Made by a program: the position numbers and the translations under genes | Part shown: piece by piece, positions 18,701-26,459 of the stretch | How positions within the stretch are numbered: position 1 is the first letter of the stretch | How the letters are laid out: every line of letters begins with the position of its first letter | Source of the DNA: an uncultured virus (IMG/VR IMGVR_UViG_3300025168_000065) | Taxonomy: Duplodnaviria; Heunggongvirae; Uroviricota; Caudoviricetes; Crassvirales | Strand: one strand, 5' to 3' | Length of the DNA stretch: 64,000 bases | Virus record (IMG/VR): IMGVR_UViG_3300025168_000065 | The notes under the pieces: generated by a model | Database searches by the model: none | Told to the model about the DNA's origin: nothing | What the model saw: only the letters and a program-made list of their open reading frames with translations

Positions 18701-21013
18701 AAGGTCAGATGGTATTTGATCCATAACACCATTAACTTTATCATACATATCAATTTCACGCTGTCCTTCCTCTTTAGTAATTTCATTATTTAAAATACGC
18801 TCTTTAGTTTTTTGAATAAACGCATCTCTTACTACAGGTTCGTTATGAATATCTTCATACATTTCAAATATACCATCAGCTAATTTGGTAAAGTCTCCAG
18901 TAGATGCTACAGTTGCAATAGCTGAAGGAGTACCAATTACAAATCCTCCCACTGCCTCTTGTGCTCCTGCTCTTATTACTTGCTTAACCCCATCTCCAAA
19001 TGACTCAGGAGTATTAAACATATCTTTACCTTTCATAGCATTATAAGCTTCTTTAAAACCTATATCAGCAATTTCTTGTGCTAAACCTGTTTCAAACTCA
19101 GCAAGTCCCGCTGCACTTACTACTAACGATCCTTGCGCAATCATACTATTTACTTCTTTTTTAACTACTTCTCTAAAAGTTTTTCCTGTAATATCTTTCC
19201 CATGCTTATTAAGAACTTTTAATAATACTTTACTTGCTAAACCTTTCTGAGCAATAGCATTTCTAAACCCAAGATTTTCTAACACACCAACTACTATACC
19301 TAAAGGAATAGTAAACTTAACTTTTTCTCCTTCTGTTACATCATCAAACTCAGGATTGTTAGCCATCTCCTCCATTACATGATCCTCTACTTGAGATATC
19401 ATATTAAAAACTCTTATTGGTGCAGGCCCTAACATAGCTGGTATAGACTCAGTTACTCCTAAAAGAGCACCGCCCCAAAAACCTTCTTTGGTTTTTTTAG
19501 TTGCCTCAATAGTAGTTTCAGACATTCCTATTGTTTCTCTTAAGCCTCCTCTTACCGCTGGTATTACGTCAGATTTAATATCTTTTCTTAACTCGTCTAA
19601 AATTTTAGATTCTATATCATCTAATAAAGTTGTAGTTACTTTTCGAGTAGAAGCAGGGGTACCATCTTTTATAGATCTTGCTGATTTAATTTCTTTAGTA
19701 GTTCCTGGAGTTTTTTCTATTAACTCTAAAAATCTTTCATACTCTTCATTATTAGAAATAATTTCTTGTATTCTTTCATCTGTGTATGTATCTCCTAAGG
19801 CACCTGATTCTCTTGCTTTAGTAAGAACTTTTGTCCTATAATCATCTTCACTCATTAATCCACTACCCACTGGTCCTTGTACATAAGTTCCAAAATCAAT
19901 AATTCTATTTGCATTTTGAGTAGCTATACGTGCAGCTCCATCTAAAAAAGCATTATATCCTAAGCCTAAAACACTCTTTTGCTTAGACCTCATTTCATAC
20001 CAATCACCTAAACTCTCATCTAACTCTTTACTTTTAGTTCGTAAATTCTTTTGAGATGTTCTAATGTTTTGTTGAGCAATAGCAAGTTTCTCTGCAAGAA
20101 CTTTAGGTGTTGTTGACATTTGATTTCCATCAGGGCCTTCTACATATATTACTTCATCAGGATCTTTTTCTTCTATATTATTAGAATCATAAAAATTTTT
20201 AGCAGCTAAATATTCTTCTATTTCATTTTTTATTAAAGAAGCTTCATCACTAAAACTTTTATTTATTTCATCAACTTCTTTTTTATTTTGAATCTTGGCT
20301 TGTTTTTTAATATATCCTGACTCTAATTGCTGCAGCTTAGAACTTTCTTCTTTATTATCTTTTAAAAATTGTTTAAGTTCATCTGAATATTTACCTTTAA
20401 AGAATAATGCATCTAACTCTACACTCAACTTTTCTCCATTAGCCGCTTCTACTTTCATTTCATCTCCAGTAAAATCTGCTTCTTTAAAAGTAAATCCGTA
20501 GTCATTAAAATGATAGTTCATTAAAGGAACTACATTCTCTTCTGTTTTAGAAATAAGGTCTGGTGTAATTTGTTGTAAAGACTCCTCAAAAAAATCTGTA
20601 GTATCCTCTTGATCAGGAGTAACAAATTCTGTTTCTTCAGTAGATATAGTTTCAGGTTGTATTAAATCTTCAGGATTTACCTGATTTCCTGCCCCTATAT
20701 TTGTAGTTTCAACATCATTAGTTTCGGTTTCCAAAGACTCCGATGAGCCAGGTTCTTGAACCTCCTCTGTATCTGACACCATAACTTCCTCTTCTCCAGT
20801 ACCATTGCCAACAAGATTTTTTTTTTCACCGATACCAAATAAAGTTACGAAGTCATTAACAGTTCCATTATATCCTGTTTCAACAAAGTGTTTATAGGTA
20901 TCATTAACAGCATCTTCATTGGTATTAAGGAGTGCTTTATAATCATCTATTGTACCTTGGTATCCTGTCTCTACAAAATATTGGTACCCGTCATTAATTG
21001 CTTCTTCGTTCAT
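12734..21013 (-). CDS. giant internal virion/ejection (polyvalent-type) protein with zincin-like HExxH motif
   Basis: 2759 aa; TIHINAP..RTVAHEVMH; third of three internal-protein genes after the tail genes. Confidence 0.75.
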   Translation of the reverse strand: MNEEAINDGYQYFVETGYQGTIDDYKALLNTNEDAVNDTYKHFVETGYNGTVNDFVTLFGIGEKKNLVGNGTGEEEVMVSDTEEVQEPGSSESLETETNDVETTNIGAGNQVNPEDLIQPETISTEETEFVTPDQEDTTDFFEESLQQITPDLISKTEENVVPLMNYHFNDYGFTFKEADFTGDEMKVEAANGEKLSVELDALFFKGKYSDELKQFLKDNKEESSKLQQLESGYIKKQAKIQNKKEVDEINKSFSDEASLIKNEIEEYLAAKNFYDSNNIEEKDPDEVIYVEGPDGNQMSTTPKVLAEKLAIAQQNIRTSQKNLRTKSKELDESLGDWYEMRSKQKSVLGLGYNAFLDGAARIATQNANRIIDFGTYVQGPVGSGLMSEDDYRTKVLTKARESGALGDTYTDERIQEIISNNEEYERFLELIEKTPGTTKEIKSARSIKDGTPASTRKVTTTLLDDIESKILDELRKDIKSDVIPAVRGGLRETIGMSETTIEATKKTKEGFWGGALLGVTESIPAMLGPAPIRVFNMISQVEDHVMEEMANNPEFDDVTEGEKVKFTIPLGIVVGVLENLGFRNAIAQKGLASKVLLKVLNKHGKDITGKTFREVVKKEVNSMIAQGSLVVSAAGLAEFETGLAQEIADIGFKEAYNAMKGKDMFNTPESFGDGVKQVIRAGAQEAVGGFVIGTPSAIATVASTGDFTKLADGIFEMYEDIHNEPVVRDAFIQKTKERILNNEITKEEGQREIDMYDKVNGVMDQIPSDLPTNQKKELLGNLLRQQELQDDIDKYNKQLTKRQQQELLDLENDVERIVRSGNIQNQQEAQETELNTQAINELKEEGVENPTPEQIKTKRDAIQKSSPKKVDVQESTEGSQEVGERDTQGEPAQESIESETDIDSQTQEEVEDLTSIFNEQTGMQEQEGTPEQTDSKVKTKGVEVDSENDNVTIEKNDGTKVTLPGVSVSENVSVTETAGDPKAVRILPSLLRQAKNAGKAIAKLMPNANIVLHATEDAYNQAVSAANKGTRGTFSPTTNTIHINAPKANTRTVAHEVMHAVLLKKLGINADFNKVTKRMLDAVVKAMPKDSNLKEVIEDFAKDYAIEEQNEEQVSELFGYLSAAYTQLDGPTKNIVKRWLQKAAKAVGLPVNITEFTKEEADMIEFFNTVSKKVREGTEVTEGDIEVIDDGTAPIGTPTTINKPSKTEKPQIDFKKSYDMSLVTPKNKIDLLGLVDNIIKNDQKVWFWVADQLGLGNGMDAGPSFALQPENIKKGAIWASGLDTKKLDKNITAADFIFIISGSPETSKLFNKKVFDKYANNLGDYNTFKKKALATNPVKNIRETLEEFDSWPAMRRSPKRKTFLIAVNEQSKKPNTKFHALVNTLGGFVDLQSLRDGFYKENEFAQNDIMMVLKPTSVGGKSNHSTYAYDILGEVVGVPDIKLNAKEIMPEAIKAKIEGKGISEQTSSIAPYGGAVGTAVKSITKPATEKAQKASVDRLAKMYEMKKNGVIFNKPGVNRVALEDWANSLGFKVEVKRGDIGELTGYKLIQPDGKVYTPTKEKAQRSVDEKAQKTFNKFDTPLQIINKARDLNFTDPAILDYLTRVRKFTKTEVRDLMKVNADLLSIIPPSMGNIVGGMKAGIKLFNKVSNHYNKLITKNAKAKTKLSEQEIMDQAMDFLRAQPEYKKMADAVLKGISTEQMVLEMDVAKALGGKQSTNLNAAIRKARIILRAKTKGKKELRKIQRELRNFMRKTLPADIYSKSEAIKLMRKIEQANKDNINEIMNEVMEFAAQKNNVRLHKSIDDLLDPKNTLKKISNILKGVKIDETTRKRLASLKKRIDDGSLATQDKVLEYIYKLETEYDNINKQPEKTEGDYTAMADLQIIMNMVKANNLMSNEDITKVNVLAGVETELKQIITAGRTILKEQLRKAHLEYQRQFEQVFLDVTGRTESFKDQAKKQLKEEGVENPTEAEIQDKITDIIENIKETKDTRARETAKIEKVKNRFKKLGNNIIQRLGNVMAKNSDLFLLMDKISLLPAELFEGNTQEEVTKKIDAANREMKGRMLMNDALIISKFQELFGKKYKSIVTSFGRKTEAFVLPDGTEMVLSPNQMYYLYNQYKDSANHPGLQKTFSTDEKGVAKVMNEITTRLESEQYKNLKEFADWQVEILYPMLYNHYNEAYQDIYRTQMPYNVNYAGMVYREGQEAEGVNLIPGADGGKIQYHNVVAANSTKMREQNKKKIRPMDGTNVLYTYMRDMEYFSAYARPVNDINKLFTNDVIKSEIERLHGKPTMDAITAAIQKIANKGTFKENAQMDNAVDIMQDLFILSRLGINPVVTLKQLTSFITYASDIGYGNWMKNAALSRFGKGKDVKAIWKEISENSTYLQDRDAKSMTKAIEMYSDDAMESVFPDITIGGKRLMTGANKESLINILMYTTKVGDRGAIYLGGVPNYVYYKNKALEAGKTEQEAIDEAIVKFERDTKRSQQSTDLQDRDYYQTRGPIFRALNMFLTTPKQYLRKEVYGIRNMYRLASSGGKSGKGTKTDAARIFLTYHVIMPVFFQFVANGMPGLLADWEDEDAKDLGTAAILGNINALFIYGEFAVKIKDLIIGKPARFLQFKNLPVLTQGEEVFNRFARYRDTKDPKKKQEALYKALAETSQITGLPVNNVRKIFKNMEQLIEGGEDPAKVIMRLFNFSEYQIQNEAERKRNKKSKRKAKKKAGSNPMISGDPMNSEDPMNDKTNPMLGKDPMNSDNPMK
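18280..18432 (-). CDS. overprinted 50-aa basic protein MPFKSQAQRKWMY...
   Basis: Alternative-frame ORF with ATG and TAG, A-rich upstream leader and locally raised GC. Confidence 0.7.
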   Translation of the reverse strand: MPFKSQAQRKWMYKNLPRVAKKWESETPKGSLPRKVSKVKQILTRRRKRK

Positions 21014-21016
21014 ATA

Positions 21017-22969
21017 TTATGTGTTGTATTTACTTCCAGTTCCTTTAGATGATCCACCACTACCTGTACTTCCTGCGTTTTGATTACTTACAGCAGTCTC
21101 AATAGATTTTTGCATAAAGTTTATAATTTCTTCTACACTATCTCCTTCACCATAAATATCATCATATATAAACTCTTTTCCTCCAATAGTAAAGACACCG
21201 TTACCATCTACAATTTTTAAACTACCACCACCTTCAAGACCACGTGGCATTATCTCGTCCATATCCATAAGTTTATTAAATTCTTGCTCTACTTGTTCTA
21301 TAGGATCAGACGTAGAATTTAAAGTACTACCTAACTCACCATACATATAAACTGAAGGAGTAACCTCTTCACCATCCGCATTAGTTACATTCATTCTCTT
21401 ATAAGTAATCTTATCTTTAGCTCCTTCACCTCCAGCTTCTCCTTTACCTACCCCTCTTGATAAGTCGCCTGTATAATCTGATTCTGCAATATCATATTTA
21501 GTAGAACCTTTTGGAGTAATCTTTTCATAAAGCTCTCTTTTAATTTGTTGACCAGTTTTTTTAGTTCCATCATTATTATAAGGATCAACAATAGCATCTT
21601 GCTGACCTTGAACTTTAACTACAAAATTTTCTGGAATTTCTTCCCCTATTTTAGTAGCTCTACCTGAATCAACATCTTCTTTTGTAGCTACACGTACATT
21701 TCTTTTAATTTTATTTAACCTTGGAAGATCTGGATTGTTTTTATTAATATCATCAATTAAATTCTGAGCTGCTGCGTCTGACTCCGCCTCGTTACCTGAC
21801 ACCACCATGTCTACATTTTTAATATAAACTGAAGCAACTTTTTTTCTATCTCCTAATCCTATTTCAGAAGATGTTGCAGCTCTTGTTTGAGCCAGTCCTT
21901 TAACACTTTGTTCTTTAGAGTAATCAAGAGCTCCTGTTATTTGTGCTCTTGCATATTCTTTAGCAGCCTTATCTTGAGTCTCATTAAACTTTGGCTTGTA
22001 TAAATTATCCTCACCAAATTCCATAACAAGATATGGGTTGTTTTTTTCATCACCACCATTCTCTTCCATCCATCTGTCATAATCTTCCTCTCCACCTACC
22101 TCATACTTAGTACCATTAGGTGTTGTTAAATTACCATTAACAATCATGGACTGAACATTATATGGAGAAGAAGTAAGCTGGTCTACCTTAAGACTTAAAA
22201 AATCATTCCCGTCTTTAGTTCCAAAAAATTCTTCCTCAGCTCTGCTTTTCATTTCTTTTGTTATCACAACATTAGGACCATACTGTTTTCTAATCATTGT
22301 AGTGGTAACAGTACCCATCTCATCCTTGATAGCTAACACCTCTTTACCTATATCAAAATTATCAATCTGTTGCTTCATAAGTAAAGTCATCCTTTGAACA
22401 CTCATACTCTCTCCAGGTATTGGGTTTCCTTTATCATCTGTTCTTAACATAACCATATCCCCCGTTTCAGGATCAGCTTGTAAACTCATATTATTCATAT
22501 TAGCAAAGCCCTCTAACTGCTCAGCTATCCACTGTTCCCCTGGAGCACCTGTTCCATCTTGAACTCTTGCGGTATACTCTTTAAAAGTATTGTCAAATTG
22601 TTCAGCATTCTTTTTAACTAAATCAAATCCAGTTTTTAAATTGTGTTGAAACATCGTATAGTCAGCAGGCTTAGCTAATCCTCTCTTAACTAAATTATAA
22701 AACTCTTGTTCTTTATTAGCAGCATCTTGACCACCGTTCATAACAAACTGCTGAATAGTAGGGTTGTCATACTCACCAATATCTTGTAATGCTTTTTGTT
22801 GGTCTTGATAACTTTTCTCAATTGCATCTTTTTTTGCTTGTCTTGTATCACGAATTTCTTCAAAAGTTGTCGTAATATCTTTTGCAGCTTTACCCCAATC
22901 TACTGTTGATGCTGGGTCTTGTCTTTGATATACATCAAAGTCTATTTCTTTTTTACTTGGTATTGCCAT
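21017..22969 (-). CDS. internal virion protein
   Basis: 650 aa; lies between the pilot-like gene and the giant gene; VDWGK motif. Confidence 0.65.
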   Translation of the reverse strand: MAIPSKKEIDFDVYQRQDPASTVDWGKAAKDITTTFEEIRDTRQAKKDAIEKSYQDQQKALQDIGEYDNPTIQQFVMNGGQDAANKEQEFYNLVKRGLAKPADYTMFQHNLKTGFDLVKKNAEQFDNTFKEYTARVQDGTGAPGEQWIAEQLEGFANMNNMSLQADPETGDMVMLRTDDKGNPIPGESMSVQRMTLLMKQQIDNFDIGKEVLAIKDEMGTVTTTMIRKQYGPNVVITKEMKSRAEEEFFGTKDGNDFLSLKVDQLTSSPYNVQSMIVNGNLTTPNGTKYEVGGEEDYDRWMEENGGDEKNNPYLVMEFGEDNLYKPKFNETQDKAAKEYARAQITGALDYSKEQSVKGLAQTRAATSSEIGLGDRKKVASVYIKNVDMVVSGNEAESDAAAQNLIDDINKNNPDLPRLNKIKRNVRVATKEDVDSGRATKIGEEIPENFVVKVQGQQDAIVDPYNNDGTKKTGQQIKRELYEKITPKGSTKYDIAESDYTGDLSRGVGKGEAGGEGAKDKITYKRMNVTNADGEEVTPSVYMYGELGSTLNSTSDPIEQVEQEFNKLMDMDEIMPRGLEGGGSLKIVDGNGVFTIGGKEFIYDDIYGEGDSVEEIINFMQKSIETAVSNQNAGSTGSGGSSKGTGSKYNT

Positions 22970-22983
22970 AGTTTATTTATCTA

Positions 22984-23760
22984 TTAAGATTGCATATAAT
23001 CCATTCCTAAATCACTTTGAAACTCAAACTGATTATCTACTTTATTAAATAATGCTCGTCCTTTTTCAGCATCTCTAAGTTGTTTGTATTGATCTCTGGA
23101 ATAATCATTAGCCCCTAACTGAGCTGCAAACTGTGCGTCTGTCATACCCTCAGGTTTCTGATCTGCATATTGTGATGCTAATTTAGCACCCCTTCTATCT
23201 GCTTTACTCTGTCCATATAAAGGTGCCAATGATGCTGCTGAAGTAAGAGCCCCTCCTACACCCGCAATACCCTGCTCAATACCTGCAGCTCTTGCCGCTT
23301 CTGCATCTCTCATTCTCATGTTCTGCTCTTTCGCTGCAGCTACATCCATCTGTATAAGCTGTTGGTTTATAGCGTCTTTAGATTCAGCTTTCATTTTATT
23401 TAAATCTGAAATTTCTTCCCCCATAGCAATACGAGTTTGTTCCGCTCCTGCTTGAGCCTGAGCCCCAACCCTACCTACTCCAGCTGCTAAAGCCCTTGCA
23501 TCTCCTTCTTGCAAAGCCTCAACCGCTTGCTGTTGTTGTGCTAAATTAGTTTCAAACTCCGCTTCATATGCATCCATAGGAACATTCAGTCCTGCAAAAT
23601 AATCTTTCTCTGCCTTTGCTTTTGCTTCAGACATTGCCTTTGCTGCTGCTGTATTTGCTTCTTCTGCTAATCTTTTTTGTTTAGCTGCTGCGCTAAATCC
23701 TTGTACCGCAGATGCTCCTGCTGACGCTATTCCTACTACTGCTGTTGTTACTGCTGCCAT
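22984..23760 (-). CDS. internal virion / pilot-like protein
   Basis: Ala/Gly-rich hydrophobic N-terminus, helical Ala/Gln-rich body. Confidence 0.7.
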   Translation of the reverse strand: MAAVTTAVVGIASAGASAVQGFSAAAKQKRLAEEANTAAAKAMSEAKAKAEKDYFAGLNVPMDAYEAEFETNLAQQQQAVEALQEGDARALAAGVGRVGAQAQAGAEQTRIAMGEEISDLNKMKAESKDAINQQLIQMDVAAAKEQNMRMRDAEAARAAGIEQGIAGVGGALTSAASLAPLYGQSKADRRGAKLASQYADQKPEGMTDAQFAAQLGANDYSRDQYKQLRDAEKGRALFNKVDNQFEFQSDLGMDYMQS

Positions 23761-23761
23761 A

Positions 23762-24172
23762 TTATATTATTTTAATCATTTCGTGAGTGTAAGTATCACC
23801 CTCTTTAAAACCTACTTTTTTATATACATCAATTAAAGGTTTGTTTTTAATCAAAGCATATATATATTTTTTTCCTAACGCTTCTGCTTCATCACTTATA
23901 GTTTTAACTAATAACTCTAAAGCTTCTTTTCTTTTTTGCCTGTCTTTATATTTTAAATTAGAAATAATCCAATCGCACCATGCTGCTTTTGAGTTAGTTA
24001 CATACATAAAGCCTGCACATATTGGAACCTTGCCATCATAAACCATAAAGCCACCCATACCATCATCAGGCAAAAAATCTTTTGAAGGCGGTGTCCATCT
24101 CCAATCTCTCCACCAATTACATAGAATATTTTCATAGTCGTCTGCATGTAATGGTAAGATATTTAATTTCAT
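23762..24172 (-). CDS. GNAT-like protein (positional analogue of T7 gp13)
   Basis: ICAGFMY, AWCDWIISN and YKKVGFK motifs; sits between tail and internal-protein genes. Confidence 0.65.
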   Translation of the reverse strand: MKLNILPLHADDYENILCNWWRDWRWTPPSKDFLPDDGMGGFMVYDGKVPICAGFMYVTNSKAAWCDWIISNLKYKDRQKRKEALELLVKTISDEAEALGKKYIYALIKNKPLIDVYKKVGFKEGDTYTHEMIKII

Positions 24173-24177
24173 TTACG

Positions 24178-24185
24178 CAAAGATA
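24178..24185 (-). promoter_or_regulatory. -7 promoter box TATCTTTG, probably leaderless
   Basis: caaagata on the plus strand, 5 nt from ATG 24172. Confidence 0.65.
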
Positions 24186-24192
24186 GTAAATT

Positions 24193-24999
24193 CTATGGAT
24201 TACTTTTCATTACACTTCCTCCTACAGCAAACAATTCAACTGCATTGGTATTAGTATTTTCAAGCGTAAAATTTAAATAGTATCCACGTGCACCATGTGA
24301 TTCTGCTACAGCATTTTTAGCAAATAAAATAAAGTCTGTAACTGAAGGAACTGTACCTGTAGTACAGTTAACAGTAATAGATCCTAATGTAGCTACACCA
24401 GTAGCAGTAGTAGAGGGTTGAGTGATAGCGGTTATTACACCACCAAGAGTAGGCGTACCTGCTGGAGCAGGGAATGTAGTAGGGGTTACCCAATACATTT
24501 CATCACCAACACTTACTATACTTCCTATGTCTACGTTAAACTCTATAACAACTGCTGTTACAGGACCTGTAATATTAATACACGCCCCAATCCCATTTAC
24601 CGACCTGTCTTTTAAATCTAAGGTGTTTTCATTCTCTCTTAAAAACGTAAACCACTCTCCTTCCTTTTGCTCAAAGTAGGTAGACAACATAGACCCAGTC
24701 CCTAAGTCTGAGAACAAACTTGTACACGCCCACCTGTCATCACTCTCGTACGACATGGTCTTAAACAATTTAATAGTCATCGGCTCTACATTAAACACTG
24801 AGGTAATAGTAGAACTATACTGAACACCGTAATAATTATTTCTTAGTAAATTGGTATTATGTCTATATAACTGACCACCTTTCCAGCTGTAAAAAAAACC
24901 ATTCATACCACACATATAATCTGGTATAAAAGAATAGAACGAAGGCCAGCCTTTTACGTCTTCGCTGTAGGATAATGTTTGTGCTGGGTATGATGACAT
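24193..24999 (-). CDS. tail protein, probably the C-terminal part of the nozzle/stabilization protein
   Basis: TLSYSEDVKGWPSFYSFIP, KLFKTMSYES, KEGEWF and RGYY motifs. Confidence 0.7.
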   Translation of the reverse strand: MSSYPAQTLSYSEDVKGWPSFYSFIPDYMCGMNGFFYSWKGGQLYRHNTNLLRNNYYGVQYSSTITSVFNVEPMTIKLFKTMSYESDDRWACTSLFSDLGTGSMLSTYFEQKEGEWFTFLRENENTLDLKDRSVNGIGACINITGPVTAVVIEFNVDIGSIVSVGDEMYWVTPTTFPAPAGTPTLGGVITAITQPSTTATGVATLGSITVNCTTGTVPSVTDFILFAKNAVAESHGARGYYLNFTLENTNTNAVELFAVGGSVMKSNP

Positions 25000-25020
25000 A
25001 TTTTTATTTTAAATATTAAA

Positions 25021-26442
25021 CTATTGTATATCAGAACACGCTACTATAGATTTAACAATACCATCTATATACGCTCCGTTTGATTGTACATTATATCCTT
25101 GATTAGTATAATCTTCAGGAGGTAATGCTTGTTGTTGAACAGGAGACCTTGCTGCCGTACTTCCATCAAACCAAACAGGGCCTGTATCCTTATACTCTCT
25201 TACCCCAACTTCTACTATCCAGTCTCTTAACCCTCCACCATCATTAGCATCAAAAGTCATTTTGTAAAGACCAGCAGCTAAAGGGTTTTCTCCGTTTTCA
25301 TCTGTATATATCCAGTCATGCAAACCTAATACTCCATTTGGTTGACCCATTGCAACATTTTGAGTTGGGAAATTTGCTCCACCATAATAACTTGAATTAG
25401 GATTTGAAGTGCCGTAAGCATCAACAGGAACATGATAATAAGTTGTCTGATTAGGAGCTGCACATACTGTGGTTGGGTCAGTTCCTTTAGCAAGTCTTAT
25501 ACTACCCTGTATTCCTGTTAATAATCGAGGGCAATCTACTTTAAGTCCCCACCAAGAACCACAAGGAGAGTCTACTGTAATAGTTAATATATTATTTGAA
25601 ACTCCAGGAGGAGAAGGAACAACCATAGTAGCCCCCCTGTATTCCATTCCAGGTGAAGGCCAAGGAGTTCCAGGAGTTGCAAGGGATGAAGAGTAAGAGT
25701 ATGGAGGTAAATTAGGAGCTAAAGCCCTGTTAGGAGCAAAAGGATTAGAAGGTACTAATAAAGAGTCAGGTAGTGGAGGAGGTCTTTCAAAATAATTCCA
25801 ATTTAAAAGTGTGGACTCATACGTTCCTGCGTTATTTGACAAACCTGTCCATCCTAAAGGTGCTACTTGAGACCCTCCATTCCAAGGTCCTGTAGCAACA
25901 AACGCTTGGGTATTAGCATCCCATATATATTCTTGACCTGTAGGAGAATAATTATCACTACCAAATTCTGTAGTCATTGTCTCTGAAGTTCCAACAAAAC
26001 AATCATCTGAAGAAACTGGTCTTGGAAGAGCATCAGGTGATCCTATTAATCCTGTTTGATAACCACCAACTAAAGCACTATACTCTGATGCTGTAATACC
26101 ATTATAACTCCAAGTACATTGATCGGGAGAAGGAAAAGTAGTAGTGTTTAATTGCCCAGAACTAAATGTTATTATTGCAGCTCCTGAAGTAGACCCTAAA
26201 TTTATATCTATAGTATACCTACCCGTACCTCCGCTATTCTGCCATTGTGTATTACATGCAAGCGAACAAGTAGGGCATGGCTGAGGAGGGCCTAAAACCC
26301 CTGAAGTCATTACTCTACTAAAAGATCCAAAAGTATATATACCATCAGATGCAACTGTAGTTAAAGCCGCATCAGAATATAATTGTGTTGCTGAAGAAAA
26401 TGATACTCCAGCCCAATATACTGTAGGTGTTGTACAAGCCAT
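25021..26442 (-). CDS. virion structural/appendage protein
   Basis: 473 aa, Ser/Thr/Gly/Pro-rich; LYSDAALTTVASDG.Y motif. Confidence 0.65.
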   Translation of the reverse strand: MACTTPTVYWAGVSFSSATQLYSDAALTTVASDGIYTFGSFSRVMTSGVLGPPQPCPTCSLACNTQWQNSGGTGRYTIDINLGSTSGAAIITFSSGQLNTTTFPSPDQCTWSYNGITASEYSALVGGYQTGLIGSPDALPRPVSSDDCFVGTSETMTTEFGSDNYSPTGQEYIWDANTQAFVATGPWNGGSQVAPLGWTGLSNNAGTYESTLLNWNYFERPPPLPDSLLVPSNPFAPNRALAPNLPPYSYSSSLATPGTPWPSPGMEYRGATMVVPSPPGVSNNILTITVDSPCGSWWGLKVDCPRLLTGIQGSIRLAKGTDPTTVCAAPNQTTYYHVPVDAYGTSNPNSSYYGGANFPTQNVAMGQPNGVLGLHDWIYTDENGENPLAAGLYKMTFDANDGGGLRDWIVEVGVREYKDTGPVWFDGSTAARSPVQQQALPPEDYTNQGYNVQSNGAYIDGIVKSIVACSDIQ

Positions 26443-26459
26443 AATTTATTTATTTATTT

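Noticed and set aside
15672..20501. Plus-strand ORFs antisense to the giant gene (15672, 16416, 17076, 17412, 17985, 19488, 20295)
   Set aside because: Ser/Leu/Phe-rich shadows of the coding strand with no promoter or leader evidence; the same applies to most antisense ORFs in the track
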